Shown here one piece after another: positions 27,462 through 36,939 of a stretch of DNA of 42,428 nt (positions are counted from its first letter, which is position 1; every line of letters begins with the position of its first letter). Under the pieces are notes generated by a model, which worked only from the letters and a program-made list of their open reading frames with translations, was not told where the DNA came from and did no database searches. The DNA is taken from contig JAHJSF010000046.1 of NCBI GenBank assembly GCA_018830405.1, forward strand, positions 1 through 42,428, written 5' to 3'. This DNA is from Nitrospinota bacterium (GTDB lineage Bacteria > Nitrospinota > Nitrospinia > UBA9942 > JAHJSF01). Made by a program: the position numbers and the translations under genes.

Positions 27462-28337
27462 ATGAAAATTAGAAAAGCCGTCTTTCCAGTTGCCGGTCTG
27501 GGCACCAGATTTTTACCAGCCACCAAGGCGTCGCCTAAAGAGATGCTCCCCATCGTCGATAAGCCCCTTATTCAGTATGCCGTGGAGGAGGCGATTGCCG
27601 CCGGCATAGAAGAGATTATCATGATTACCGGCCGGGGGAAGAATAGCATAGAAGACCATTTTGACAGGTCAATAGAGCTTGAGCAGGCCCTTGGTGTGGA
27701 GAATAGCGGCCATCTGGAAAGTGTCGACAAGATATCTGAACAGGCCAACTTTTGCTACATTCGGCAGAAGGAACCCCTCGGACTTGGCCACGCCATCCTT
27801 AGGGCCAGGGGAGTCATAGGGGATGAGCCCTTTGCCGTCCTGTTGGGGGACGATGTTATTCGTTCCGAGAGATCGGCCATAGGGCAGCTTATTGAAAAAT
27901 ATTACCAGTATGATACGCCGGTGATTGCCCTTGAAGAGGTTGATATGAAAACCATATCAAACTACGGGGTTATTGCTTACGATAAGGCCATCGATGAATC
28001 AACCTACAAGATTAAAGATATGGTGGAAAAGCCTGAGGCCTCAGCCGCCCCTTCAAACCTGGCTATTATCGGCCGATATGTCCTGACCCCAGATATCTTT
28101 CCTATTCTTGAAAAACAGGAGAAGGGGAGGGGGGGGGAGATACAGTTGACAGATGGGATGAGAAAACTACTCACCACCCGCGATATTTTAGGATACAAGT
28201 TTGAGGGGGAGAGGTTTGATGCCGGAAGCAAGATCGGTTTCCTCAAGGCGACAGTTCAGTTTGCCCTGAATAGACCGGATCTTGGGGAGGAGTTTCTTGA
28301 ATACCTTAAAAAGGTTACCTCCGACAGAGCGACATAA
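27462..28337 (+). CDS. galU: UTP--glucose-1-phosphate uridylyltransferase
   Basis: It has 'KAVFPVAGLGTRFLPATKASPKEMLPIVDKPLIQY' and 'LGDD'. The last 14 nt, including the stop, lie inside a repeat copy (28324-28444). Confidence 0.95.
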   Translation: MKIRKAVFPVAGLGTRFLPATKASPKEMLPIVDKPLIQYAVEEAIAAGIEEIIMITGRGKNSIEDHFDRSIELEQALGVENSGHLESVDKISEQANFCYIRQKEPLGLGHAILRARGVIGDEPFAVLLGDDVIRSERSAIGQLIEKYYQYDTPVIALEEVDMKTISNYGVIAYDKAIDESTYKIKDMVEKPEASAAPSNLAIIGRYVLTPDIFPILEKQEKGRGGEIQLTDGMRKLLTTRDILGYKFEGERFDAGSKIGFLKATVQFALNRPDLGEEFLEYLKKVTSDRAT

Positions 28338-28444
28338 ATTCGTATACCTTTGTTGCTCCTTGGCTCATCGTTACGGCGTACGCTAAAAGTACGCCTCACT
28401 CCTCGCCTTTGTCGAGCCTCGGCCTACTTTTTTCTGCCGTTCTG
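28324..28444. repeat. ~120-bp structured repeat, copy 2 (Rep-A)
   Basis: See 16415-16534. This copy supplies the last 4 codons and the stop of galU. Confidence 0.85.
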
Positions 28445-28467
28445 TAGAATTTCTGAGTCAGAAAGTT

Positions 28468-28519
28468 TTAGGCTTTGCCCTCAACCAACCTATTTCAACC
28501 CTAAACAATGAAATGGCGG
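28468..28519. repeat. Intergenic repeat family C, second full copy
   Basis: The sequence is ttaggctttgccctcaaccaacctatttcaaccctaaacaatgaaatggcggc; compare 12251-12301. Confidence 0.85.
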
Positions 28520-28563
28520 CTAAGGATTGAGACGTTAAATATTATAAGCCTGGCCACCTTCAC

Positions 28564-29010
28564 TTATTTTGCAAAATTAAGAATGTTTTCGATCTTCTCT
28601 TTTATAAGCTCTAAATATTTACCTTCGGGTGAGCAACGACCAGCAAAAAGACTAACGCAGCCTCCGTTTGGCTCAAGAACGCAGTAATTTTCCCATGCTT
28701 TTTTGAATGCTTTTCTCCTGCGTTTACTGGTTATTCTGAGGCTGAATTTTTTAACAGCAGCGGAATGGAGCTCAAAATTTTCTTTCAAGAACTCGTTTAC
28801 TTCAGGACTATCTTGATGGCCAACGTGTTTAATGGCAGATTCAATTCGAGCTATAGCGGGAGCGAAGGCAGAGATAAGCTCATTTGATTCAGCAGCAAGA
28901 ATGTTATTCTTGTCTCTGAAAGAGGCAAGCCAATGAGTAACGATTATCCCCAAAAGAATAACAATAGTTCCCAATGACCAATATATATTTTCGCTGAAGA
29001 TATTGCTCAT
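28564..29010 (-). CDS. Hypothetical single-pass membrane protein
   Basis: The 148-aa ORF has an N-terminal TM helix ('WSLGTIVILLGIIVTHWLA') followed by a charged helical region. I recognise no family. Confidence 0.45.
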   Translation of the reverse strand: MSNIFSENIYWSLGTIVILLGIIVTHWLASFRDKNNILAAESNELISAFAPAIARIESAIKHVGHQDSPEVNEFLKENFELHSAAVKKFSLRITSKRRRKAFKKAWENYCVLEPNGGCVSLFAGRCSPEGKYLELIKEKIENILNFAK

Positions 29011-29072
29011 GCGCTTCCAATTTTATCCCCTATTGGAGGGATTAGTTTGCCAAATTAGTTAATAATAGAGAC

Positions 29073-29624
29073 TTAGTACTTCCCCAGTTGAATCATTCCT
29101 TCAGCCAAGACCTTAGCTTCCTTTCCTTCAGCTACTTGGACAGCCTTTACGGTAACGTAGTAACGGTTCCCTTTGCCACCTGAACAGGGGGGCATATAGG
29201 CCCCGGCCTTATCCCACTTCGGGTTACTATGGGCAGTAACCAGAAAGAAACCTTTGGGGAGTTTGAAGGTGTGTCCCGGAACAGAAGGGATGGTTACCTC
29301 TGATATTCCCGGTTTGATTTTGTAGCCAATCTTTCCATGTCCGCCGTTATCCATCGGCTTATGGTCTTTGTCGCTATACTCCATTATGATGGCATTGGCT
29401 TCGGCGGGGATGTTGGTTATCAGCAATCTTGGGGTGGATGCCTTCCCTCCAAATTTGCTACACTGCTCCCCGGCAGGTATTTTCTTCCCGTCCCATTTGG
29501 CATCGGCCAATGAAATCTTGAAATCGGCTGTTTTGCGATTTTGGATATATTTGCCGCAGCCGGCCAAAAGAAATGAAACGGTTACAAAAAGAGAAACCTT
29601 TTTTAGAATATCTTTCTTTTTCAT
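29073..29624 (-). CDS. Lipoprotein, possibly PEBP/YbhB-like fold
   Basis: The signal peptide has a lipobox 'LLAGC'. 'GGKASTPRLLITNIP...' and 'YMPPCSGGKGNRYYVTVKAV' loosely echo PEBP-family motifs ('SP.L.w...P', 'Y.GP.PP.G..HRY.f.lyAL'). The family assignment is tentative. Confidence 0.55.
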   Translation of the reverse strand: MKKKDILKKVSLFVTVSFLLAGCGKYIQNRKTADFKISLADAKWDGKKIPAGEQCSKFGGKASTPRLLITNIPAEANAIIMEYSDKDHKPMDNGGHGKIGYKIKPGISEVTIPSVPGHTFKLPKGFFLVTAHSNPKWDKAGAYMPPCSGGKGNRYYVTVKAVQVAEGKEAKVLAEGMIQLGKY

Positions 29625-29669
29625 TGCACCTTCCTCCTTCAGATCATTGTTGATCTGTAACCGAAATAG

Positions 29670-30560
29670 CTAATACTCGAAATTTGTTTTTACTATTGTC
29701 CTAAAATTTGTCTCAAAGAGACTGTTGGCAAATTTTACAAGCAGCCAGAAGACCATTATAGGTAGGGCAATCACCTGAATTATAAAGACCCCTACATATA
29801 AAAAAGTGAGTTTCAGGAGGGCCTCTACAATGGTTCCCGCGTTGCTGACCGTGGCCACGATGGCGTCTTTAAATTCTACTGTTTTACGCTGAATGAAGGA
29901 GGCGTTATTCTTTATCGTTCCCAATACGCCGTTGACCTCCGGGACTGAAAATTCCATTAATTTATCAAGTTCCGTGGAGCCAACTAGTAGCTCTTTATTG
30001 GCGTTTGATATCTTTTCGCCCAGAAAATTTTCCTGAATGTAGTTGCTGGCCAGCGCCGATATCGGCAGGGCCAACCTGGCAACCATAATCAATATAATGA
30101 AACTCATTGTCGTTTTCTTGATGGAGCTTAACTGTTCATTTTCAAACCAGGTCAGGATGGAGAGTATAAGGAGAAAGAGGGCAAGTATGCGCGGAGCAAT
30201 TGATACCCCAATTTCAAAGGCCAGTTTTTGAACCCCCAATGATGTAATGGCTGTAACGAGTAGATCAGACACCCGTTCGGTCATATCATCAATCGGGTCT
30301 AAGGCTTGCCCTACGGCCAAGGTTATGCCTACGCCTGCCGGTTCCAGGTTCAGGGTCGATTCTTTGGCAATTGAAACGGAGGCGTTTATAACTCTGCATG
30401 TTGCATAAACAACGGCCGCTTTGGTTATCGATTCACTAAAATAATCATCAGCTATATTGTCCAGGCCGGGGATTCTCAGGCCTGGAGAGAAAAAAAGAAA
30501 TATTGCCAATAAGGCTCCAATAGATGATCTGACAATCTTTTCTTTTTTGCTGGTTTCCAT
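29670..30560 (-). CDS. Hypothetical polytopic membrane protein
   Basis: The 296-aa ORF has at least four hydrophobic helices, for example 'ILALFLLILSILTWF' and 'FLYVGVFIIQVIALPIMVFWLLV'. I recognise no family motif. Confidence 0.55.
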   Translation of the reverse strand: METSKKEKIVRSSIGALLAIFLFFSPGLRIPGLDNIADDYFSESITKAAVVYATCRVINASVSIAKESTLNLEPAGVGITLAVGQALDPIDDMTERVSDLLVTAITSLGVQKLAFEIGVSIAPRILALFLLILSILTWFENEQLSSIKKTTMSFIILIMVARLALPISALASNYIQENFLGEKISNANKELLVGSTELDKLMEFSVPEVNGVLGTIKNNASFIQRKTVEFKDAIVATVSNAGTIVEALLKLTFLYVGVFIIQVIALPIMVFWLLVKFANSLFETNFRTIVKTNFEY

Positions 30561-30707
30561 GGCATTGCCTACTGATGATAGTTTATGCCGCTCCGTTTAC
30601 CACTATCTGAGGCGGATAGTTGAAAGCGTGATTAACGACAGCCACAATTATATCAAATGGTTAGGTTTGGTAAGGGATAATTTTAACTCTTATTTAAACC
30701 TTACGGT

Positions 30708-31715
30708 TTAATTCTGCACAATTCCCCTCAGCAATCTCCCCAATATATCGGTGCCGGTGACGATTCTTTTTTGCTCGCCCCAGAAGAGGATAATATCTTT
30801 ATCAACTACGTCGTCGCCGGGTATCTTCGATTCTACCTTAAATTCTAATATCGCCTCTCCTATGGAGACCTTTGGGTTGCGGATGATAATCGGCCGGTGG
30901 CAAAATTCCAGTGGGTTAAATCCTGCTTTTTCAAAAAGGGCTGCCCGCAGGAAGGAGTTTGAATTTAAAGTAAGCCTCGGCACCCCTTCCATATCTGTCA
31001 GCACTATCCACTTTTTTTCTCCTTTTTGTATTTTATGAAGAAAAGGGGCGTCACATGAGTGACCTATTTCCGGGAAAACCGGTTTATCATCTATGAAATT
31101 TAGGGGGAGGATGCTTGCAGGGAAGATTACCTCTCCCTCTTCGGTAATTGACAAGTCATCAATGGCCAGAAAGTTCAATGCCCCCCTGCCTTCCATATGG
31201 GCAATGTTAGTTTCCGGTGCTTCCACATGCATCTTTAGAAGTTCCCGCATGTCTTGTTCCTGAAAATATTGTATGGCCTCCGTGCCTAACCATTTGTCCA
31301 GAAGGAGAGAGGTAGGCTTGGCCACAGGGTACAACAAAAATCGGTAAGACCTAATAACCGGCGACAAGAGTGAGGCGGTCCGCATGGCGTGCCTTGAAAA
31401 ATAGGCCTGCGGTATGATTTCGCCCATAAGGGTGATAATAAAGGTCGAAAATATAAAGGCGGCGACACCGGCCATAACTGAATGTGATAAGAGTGTCAGT
31501 AATACATTTATTCCGACATTTCCCCACAATATTGTTGTTAGAAGGAGATTTGAATCGTCCCGCAACTTGGCGATTTTTAGGGCGTCCTTATTTTGTTTAT
31601 TGATTTCTATTTCGAGCTGCAGCTTGCTGATACTGAAAAAAGCAAGATTGAGGCCTGAAAAAATGGCTGATTGAGAGATACAAAATCCAATTCCAATCCA
31701 GATTAAATAGTTCAT
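30708..31715 (-). CDS. CNNM/DUF21-domain membrane protein with a degenerate CBS-pair-like C-terminus
   Basis: 'SGLNLAFFSISKLQLE...', 'LLLTTILWGNVGINVL' and 'GEIIPQAYFSRHA' match the DUF21 transmembrane module. No CorC_HlyC tail is apparent. Confidence 0.78.
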   Translation of the reverse strand: MNYLIWIGIGFCISQSAIFSGLNLAFFSISKLQLEIEINKQNKDALKIAKLRDDSNLLLTTILWGNVGINVLLTLLSHSVMAGVAAFIFSTFIITLMGEIIPQAYFSRHAMRTASLLSPVIRSYRFLLYPVAKPTSLLLDKWLGTEAIQYFQEQDMRELLKMHVEAPETNIAHMEGRGALNFLAIDDLSITEEGEVIFPASILPLNFIDDKPVFPEIGHSCDAPFLHKIQKGEKKWIVLTDMEGVPRLTLNSNSFLRAALFEKAGFNPLEFCHRPIIIRNPKVSIGEAILEFKVESKIPGDDVVDKDIILFWGEQKRIVTGTDILGRLLRGIVQN

Positions 31716-31875
31716 AGTCCCTTCTGTTTGAAGCCCGGCACAATTTTCATTCTCATTACGAGAGGTATTTTGCTAACTTATTGATAATAGCAAAGTTATT
31801 TATTAATACATTGAAATCTTTTTAAGAGAAGAGAGCCGGTCCCGACGATATGACCCTTTCTGTCAACTCCCTGAC

Positions 31876-31905
31876 TTGTTAAAGGGGCATATATTCCTAT
31901 ATAAT
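31876..31905 (+). promoter_or_regulatory. Candidate sigma70-type promoter for hsp20-lon (TTGTTA-18 nt-TATAAT)
   Basis: TTGTTA lies at 31876-31881 and TATAAT at 31900-31905, about 50 nt upstream of the hsp20 ATG. This is a pattern match only. Confidence 0.3.
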
Positions 31906-31957
31906 CCAAGACAGAAGTTATTTATATCTCCAATCTCTATACTACGGGATAAACCGG

Positions 31958-32392
31958 ATGGGTAAGAAGATTTATATCTATGGTGGTATTAATCAAGGTG
32001 GAGGGGCTGACCCTTTACCTCCGGTAGAACAATACTCTGCTCAGAGCACCCATTTTGCCCCTATAGACATCTATGAAACGGACGATTGTCTTGTTATCGA
32101 TGTTGAAATCCCCGGTATGTCAACGGACGACATCTCTGTTTCAATAGAGAACAATATTCTGATTATCGAGGGGGTTAAGCGGAAGGATTCATCCGGGGGA
32201 AAAAGGCTTCATTACCTTTGCATGGAGAGAACCTTCGGGGCATTTAGGCGGGGGATAAAGATAGATTTGGATATCGATGATACCTCAGGACTGGATGCCA
32301 ACTATTCCGGTGGCGTCTTGCGGATTAAGATTGCTAAGAGACCCAAGAAAAATAAGGAAAAGATATTTATTCCTATTAAAGAGGGGGGATAG
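31958..32392 (+). CDS. Small heat-shock protein (Hsp20/alpha-crystallin family)
   Basis: It has an alpha-crystallin core 'PIDIYETDDCLVIDVEIPGM...ISVSIENNILIIEG' and 'GVLRIKI'. The stop codon abuts the lon ATG (TAGATG). Confidence 0.9.
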   Translation: MGKKIYIYGGINQGGGADPLPPVEQYSAQSTHFAPIDIYETDDCLVIDVEIPGMSTDDISVSIENNILIIEGVKRKDSSGGKRLHYLCMERTFGAFRRGIKIDLDIDDTSGLDANYSGGVLRIKIAKRPKKNKEKIFIPIKEGG

Positions 32393-34867
32393 ATGGCCAA
32401 AAAGAATGAGAAGGATAAAGATTCGTCCGGCAAAAATAAGAACAATAGTGACAATATTATCACTACCACTAATATAACCGAGAGTCAGGTGCAGTTGACT
32501 ATACCGAGCGAGCTGCCGGTTATTCCGGTGCGCGATTTGGTTGTTTTCCCCTACATGATTGTCCCCCTATTCGTGGGTCGAGATAGTTCCGTGGAGGCGG
32601 TTAACAGCGCCTTGGCCGCCGACCGGATGATGTTTCTTGTGACCCAAAGGGATCCGGAACTTGAAATCCCTGACGAGAGTCAGCTCTATTCAACCGGAAC
32701 GGTTGTTATGGTTATAAGGATGGTTAAGCTTGATGATGGACGGATAAAGATTCTCGTTCAGGGTCTCTCAAGGGGAACTATAGAGGAATTTACCCAGAAG
32801 GAACCATTCTATAAGGTCAAGATACATCTTATAAAGGATGCCGAGCCGGTGGCGGGAGACAATGAAAGGCCCATAGGTTCAGAGGCCCTTTTGCGTAATG
32901 TTAAGGGGCAGATAAAAAAGATACTCTCTCTTGATAAGATGCTTTCTCCTGAGATTAGTGTGGTGGCCGAGGGTATTAGTGCCCCCGGAAAGTTGGCCGA
33001 CCTTATTGCGGCCAATCTTGGACTTAAGGTTGATGAGTCGCAGCAGGTTCTTGAGCTGGTTGACCCTGAGGAGCGGCTGAAGAAGGTCAGCAGTCTGCTT
33101 GATAAGGAGATAGAGCTTCTATCTATGCAGCAGAAGATTCATTCCGCCACGCATGAGGAGATAGGCAAGACCCAGAAGGAATATTATCTGAGAGAGCAGT
33201 TGAAGGCCATCCAGAAGGAGTTGGGGGAGAGTGATAACAAAGGGGTGGAGATAGAGGAGTTTAGAGCCAATATCAAAAAGGCCAAGATGCCCTCCGAGGT
33301 TGAAGCGGAGGCCCTTAAGCAGTTGGATAGATTCTCGAAGATGCACCCCGAATCGGCTGAAGCGACCACTATAAGAACCTATCTTGAGTGGATGACTGAG
33401 CTCCCTTGGAGCAAATCTACCAAGGATAAACTGGATATAAAGAATGCGGCCAAGATTCTGGATGAGGACCACTACGGTCTGGAGAAGATTAAAGCTCGTA
33501 TCCTCGAATACTTAGGGGTTAGAAAACTGAAGGGGAAGATGAAGGGGCCTATCCTCTGTTTTGTGGGTCCTCCCGGTGTAGGTAAAACATCCCTCGGCAA
33601 GTCTATTGCCAGGTCTATCGGGAGAAAGTTTTTGAGGATATCGCTCGGCGGGATGAGAGACGAGGCTGAGATACGGGGGCATCGCAGGACATATATAGGG
33701 GCAATGCCGGGGAGGATTATTCAGGGATTAAAGCAGGTCAAGGCCAACAATCCTGTCTTTATGATGGATGAGATAGATAAGATAGGGACAGACTTTAGGG
33801 GAGACCCATCATCTGCCCTCCTTGAGGTTCTCGATCCGGAACAAAATTTTTCCTTCAGCGATCACTATATCGGGGCTCCTTTTGACCTTTCTAACATAAT
33901 GTTTATCATGACCGCCAATACCAACGAGACTATCCCCCACGCCCTGCGGGACAGGATGGAGATTATATATCTTTCCGGGTATACGGTTGAAGAGAAGATG
34001 ATGATAGCCCGCCGATATCTTTTAGGAAGACAGATGGAGCAGAATGGTATAAGTGAGAAATATATAACCATGTCGGATGGAGTGCTAAAAAGGACCATTC
34101 TCGACTACACCAGGGAAGCGGGCCTCCGAAATATGGAGAGACAGATTGCCTCTGTCTGTCGTAAAGTGGCCAAGAAGGTGGCCGAAGGGGATAAGACGTT
34201 GCATCATATTACCACCGGAAATCTGCACAAATATTTGGGAACCCCCATATTTCTCCCCGAGGGGGAACTTGGGTCACATAGGATTGGGGTGGCGACAGGT
34301 TTGGCCTGGACCTCCTTTGGCGGAGAGATTATGTATATAGAGGTTCAGACGATGAAGGGAGGAGGGCACCTGACCCTTACCGGCCAGCTTGGTGACGTCA
34401 TGAAGGAATCGGGACGAGCGGCCATAAGCTACGCCAGATCCCAGGCGGCTAAACTTGGTCTAAAGCCTGACTTTTATCAGAAGATGGATATCCATATACA
34501 TGTTCCGGCCGGTGCTATTCCTAAGGATGGCCCATCCGCCGGTATCACGATGGCCGCCGCCCTCATATCGAGATTGACTGGTAGAGAACTCAAAAAGGAT
34601 GTTGCCATGACCGGAGAGATTACCCTGACAGGACGAGTCCTTCCTATTGGAGGTCTAAAGGAGAAATCACTGGCGGCGAGGGCTGCCGGAATAAAGACGA
34701 TTATTATCCCGGAGGCAAACAGGAAAGACCTGGACGATATCCCTCAGAATGTCAGAAAGGAGATAACCTTTGTTCCCGTTTCTACCATGGACGAGGTTGT
34801 GGAGAAGGCCTTAAGACCGGAGAAAAAGCGCCGAGCCAAGACTACTAACAAGCCCAAAAAGAAATAA
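32393..34867 (+). CDS. lon: ATP-dependent Lon protease (LonA)
   Basis: It has a LON N-domain, Walker A 'GPPGVGKTS', Walker B 'FMMDEIDK', the catalytic Ser in 'KDGPSAGIT' and a Lys in 'IGGLKEK'. Confidence 0.98.
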   Translation: MAKKNEKDKDSSGKNKNNSDNIITTTNITESQVQLTIPSELPVIPVRDLVVFPYMIVPLFVGRDSSVEAVNSALAADRMMFLVTQRDPELEIPDESQLYSTGTVVMVIRMVKLDDGRIKILVQGLSRGTIEEFTQKEPFYKVKIHLIKDAEPVAGDNERPIGSEALLRNVKGQIKKILSLDKMLSPEISVVAEGISAPGKLADLIAANLGLKVDESQQVLELVDPEERLKKVSSLLDKEIELLSMQQKIHSATHEEIGKTQKEYYLREQLKAIQKELGESDNKGVEIEEFRANIKKAKMPSEVEAEALKQLDRFSKMHPESAEATTIRTYLEWMTELPWSKSTKDKLDIKNAAKILDEDHYGLEKIKARILEYLGVRKLKGKMKGPILCFVGPPGVGKTSLGKSIARSIGRKFLRISLGGMRDEAEIRGHRRTYIGAMPGRIIQGLKQVKANNPVFMMDEIDKIGTDFRGDPSSALLEVLDPEQNFSFSDHYIGAPFDLSNIMFIMTANTNETIPHALRDRMEIIYLSGYTVEEKMMIARRYLLGRQMEQNGISEKYITMSDGVLKRTILDYTREAGLRNMERQIASVCRKVAKKVAEGDKTLHHITTGNLHKYLGTPIFLPEGELGSHRIGVATGLAWTSFGGEIMYIEVQTMKGGGHLTLTGQLGDVMKESGRAAISYARSQAAKLGLKPDFYQKMDIHIHVPAGAIPKDGPSAGITMAAALISRLTGRELKKDVAMTGEITLTGRVLPIGGLKEKSLAARAAGIKTIIIPEANRKDLDDIPQNVRKEITFVPVSTMDEVVEKALRPEKKRRAKTTNKPKKK

Positions 34868-34870
34868 AAT

Positions 34871-35779
34871 CTAGTCTATGATGTAGCGGAACGGGTTTAC
34901 CGGTATGCCGTTTAACCGGACCTCGTAATGGACGTGAGGGCCGGTGCTTCTTCCGGTATTTCCAAGGGTTGCTATTTTCTTCCCCCTCTTTACAGTATCC
35001 CCGACGGAAACGAATATATCTGAGTTGTGTCCGTAGAGGGTGACAACACCATAGCCATGGTCGATTTCCACCAGTTTCCCGTAACCTGTGTCATAGCCCA
35101 CCCTGACTACTGTTCCATTAGCCGGGGCAAGTATAGGGCTTCCGAAACGTCCGGCTATATCGAGGCCCTCGTGCATCTCTTTCCTGCCGGTGAAGGGGGA
35201 GTTACGATAACCAAACCCGCCTGTTACCCAACCCTGAACCGGCCATATTGAAGGTGTGGCGGATAGAAGCGATGATTGTTTATTGAAGAAGAGGTTGATC
35301 TCTTCAAGGCTTGCCTCTCGGAGCTGAGCATATTTTTTGAGGTGGTCAAGCTCACTATCTATCTTAGCCATCAGGTCATTATTTCCGTCGGCTACAGAAT
35401 CGGACAGAGAAAGGTTTTCATCCGCCGGTCCGCCAAGAGCATTCAACGAACCATCTTCCTCGTGGCTGCTTTCAAGAGAGGTTATAATCCTCAATTTTTT
35501 ATCGAGGTTTTTTAACCTATCCATGGCCACGTCAAACTCTTTTACTTTTTTGCTGAAATTATTTATCTGGGTATCCTGCTGGGCGGTTTTGGTCCTTAGA
35601 TTATCTAGCTCAACCACCTCTAGGCTCAGTTTTATATGACGGTATCCGAAATATAGAGAGCCAACTACGACAATGGCGCAGGCGGCTATGATTGAATTGA
35701 AGGCTTTGCTTGATATGCTGAATCTTTTAGGCGTCCCCGTCAGGTTGGGAATGACGACTATAGCGTATTTTTTTTCCAT
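34871..35779 (-). CDS. M23-family metallopeptidase with N-terminal TM anchor and coiled-coil
   Basis: It has 'HEGLDIA' and 'GNTGRSTGPHVHYEVRLNG' (HxxxD and HxH motifs). Confidence 0.88.
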   Translation of the reverse strand: MEKKYAIVVIPNLTGTPKRFSISSKAFNSIIAACAIVVVGSLYFGYRHIKLSLEVVELDNLRTKTAQQDTQINNFSKKVKEFDVAMDRLKNLDKKLRIITSLESSHEEDGSLNALGGPADENLSLSDSVADGNNDLMAKIDSELDHLKKYAQLREASLEEINLFFNKQSSLLSATPSIWPVQGWVTGGFGYRNSPFTGRKEMHEGLDIAGRFGSPILAPANGTVVRVGYDTGYGKLVEIDHGYGVVTLYGHNSDIFVSVGDTVKRGKKIATLGNTGRSTGPHVHYEVRLNGIPVNPFRYIID

Positions 35780-35895
35780 TATTCCTTATCCCTGCATTGT
35801 CTTTCGTTTGACCGGCTATGTCTGCAAGTTAACATATTATTATCTTGTTTTCAACACTAATCGGCAAAAATTGGGAAATCTTTTAACGCCCGCTT

Positions 35896-36939
35896 TCATA
35901 GTATCAGCATCGCATCACCATAGCTACAGAATCTATACCTTTTACCAATAGCCTCTTGGTAGGCTCTTTTTATATAATCCGCCCCGGCATAGGCCGATAC
36001 GAGGAAGAGGGGGGTAGATTTGGGGGGGTGAAAGTTGGTAAATACGCCCCCAACTACTTTGAATTTGTAGCCGGGTAGAATAAAAAGGTTGCTGCTGCCG
36101 CTCAATTTTTCGAGAAACCCATCCTCTCCTGCCGCAGTTTCAAGGGTGCGTATTGAGGTTGTCCCTGCCGCAACTACCCTCTTCCCCTCTTTTATTGCCC
36201 TGTTTATCTTAGCCGCCTCGGCTTCCTCTATCTTGTAGTTTTCGTAGTCCATGACATGGTTATTGACTATTTTCTCCCTAACCGGCTGGAAGGTTCCTAT
36301 CCCTACGTGTAGGGTTATGAAGGCCGTTTCCGTTCCATTTTTCTTTAGTTGTTTGAATACCTTATCGGTGAAATGGAGCCCGGCAGTCGGGGCGGCTATG
36401 GCCCCCTCTTCTTTGGCATAAACGGTCTGATACCTCTCCCTATCCGATTCCTCGGCTAGCCCTTTTCTTATGTAAGGAGGCAGTGGGGGGTAGCCATTTT
36501 CTAGTATCCACTCCCTTATCCCTTCAATTGCGGAGAGATCGGCTATATAGCCGTTATTACTCCTTTTTAGGGTGAAACCCTTGTCACTATCGAGATATAG
36601 CTCTATACCGTCTTTAACCCTGCTCCCTTGCCTGACGAGGGCCTCCCATATCTTGGGGGCAATCTCTTTTGTTAAGAGGATATCTATCCGCCCGCCGCTC
36701 TTTTTATGGGCCACCAGATGGGAGGGAATAACACGGGTATTGTTTAAGACGAGCAGGTCATCTTTCCCTAAATATTTGCAAAGGTCTTTTATCCCTCCAT
36801 CTTCTATGGTTCCTGTTCGGCGGTTGAGTATCATTAACCTGGCATCATCCCTATTAGCGGCCGGGTGCTGGGCTATAAGCTCCTTAGGAAGGTCATAGTT
36901 AAATTCCGACAGTTTCATTTCTCCTTTAATATGCGCCAT
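35896..36939 (-). CDS. queA: S-adenosylmethionine:tRNA ribosyltransferase-isomerase
   Basis: It has 'FNYDLPKELIAQHPA', 'PLPPYI' and 'AAPTAGLHFT', all QueA signatures. Confidence 0.96.
   Translation of the reverse strand: MAHIKGEMKLSEFNYDLPKELIAQHPAANRDDARLMILNRRTGTIEDGGIKDLCKYLGKDDLLVLNNTRVIPSHLVAHKKSGGRIDILLTKEIAPKIWEALVRQGSRVKDGIELYLDSDKGFTLKRSNNGYIADLSAIEGIREWILENGYPPLPPYIRKGLAEESDRERYQTVYAKEEGAIAAPTAGLHFTDKVFKQLKKNGTETAFITLHVGIGTFQPVREKIVNNHVMDYENYKIEEAEAAKINRAIKEGKRVVAAGTTSIRTLETAAGEDGFLEKLSGSSNLFILPGYKFKVVGGVFTNFHPPKSTPLFLVSAYAGADYIKRAYQEAIGKRYRFCSYGDAMLIL

Noticed and set aside
31716-31957. CIRCE/HrcA operator or a sigma32 promoter upstream of hsp20-lon
   Set aside because: There is no TTAGCACTC-N9-GAGTGCTAA-like inverted repeat. 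'CTTGTTA' resembles the sigma32 -35 element, but no CCCCATNT-like -10 lies at the proper spacing.
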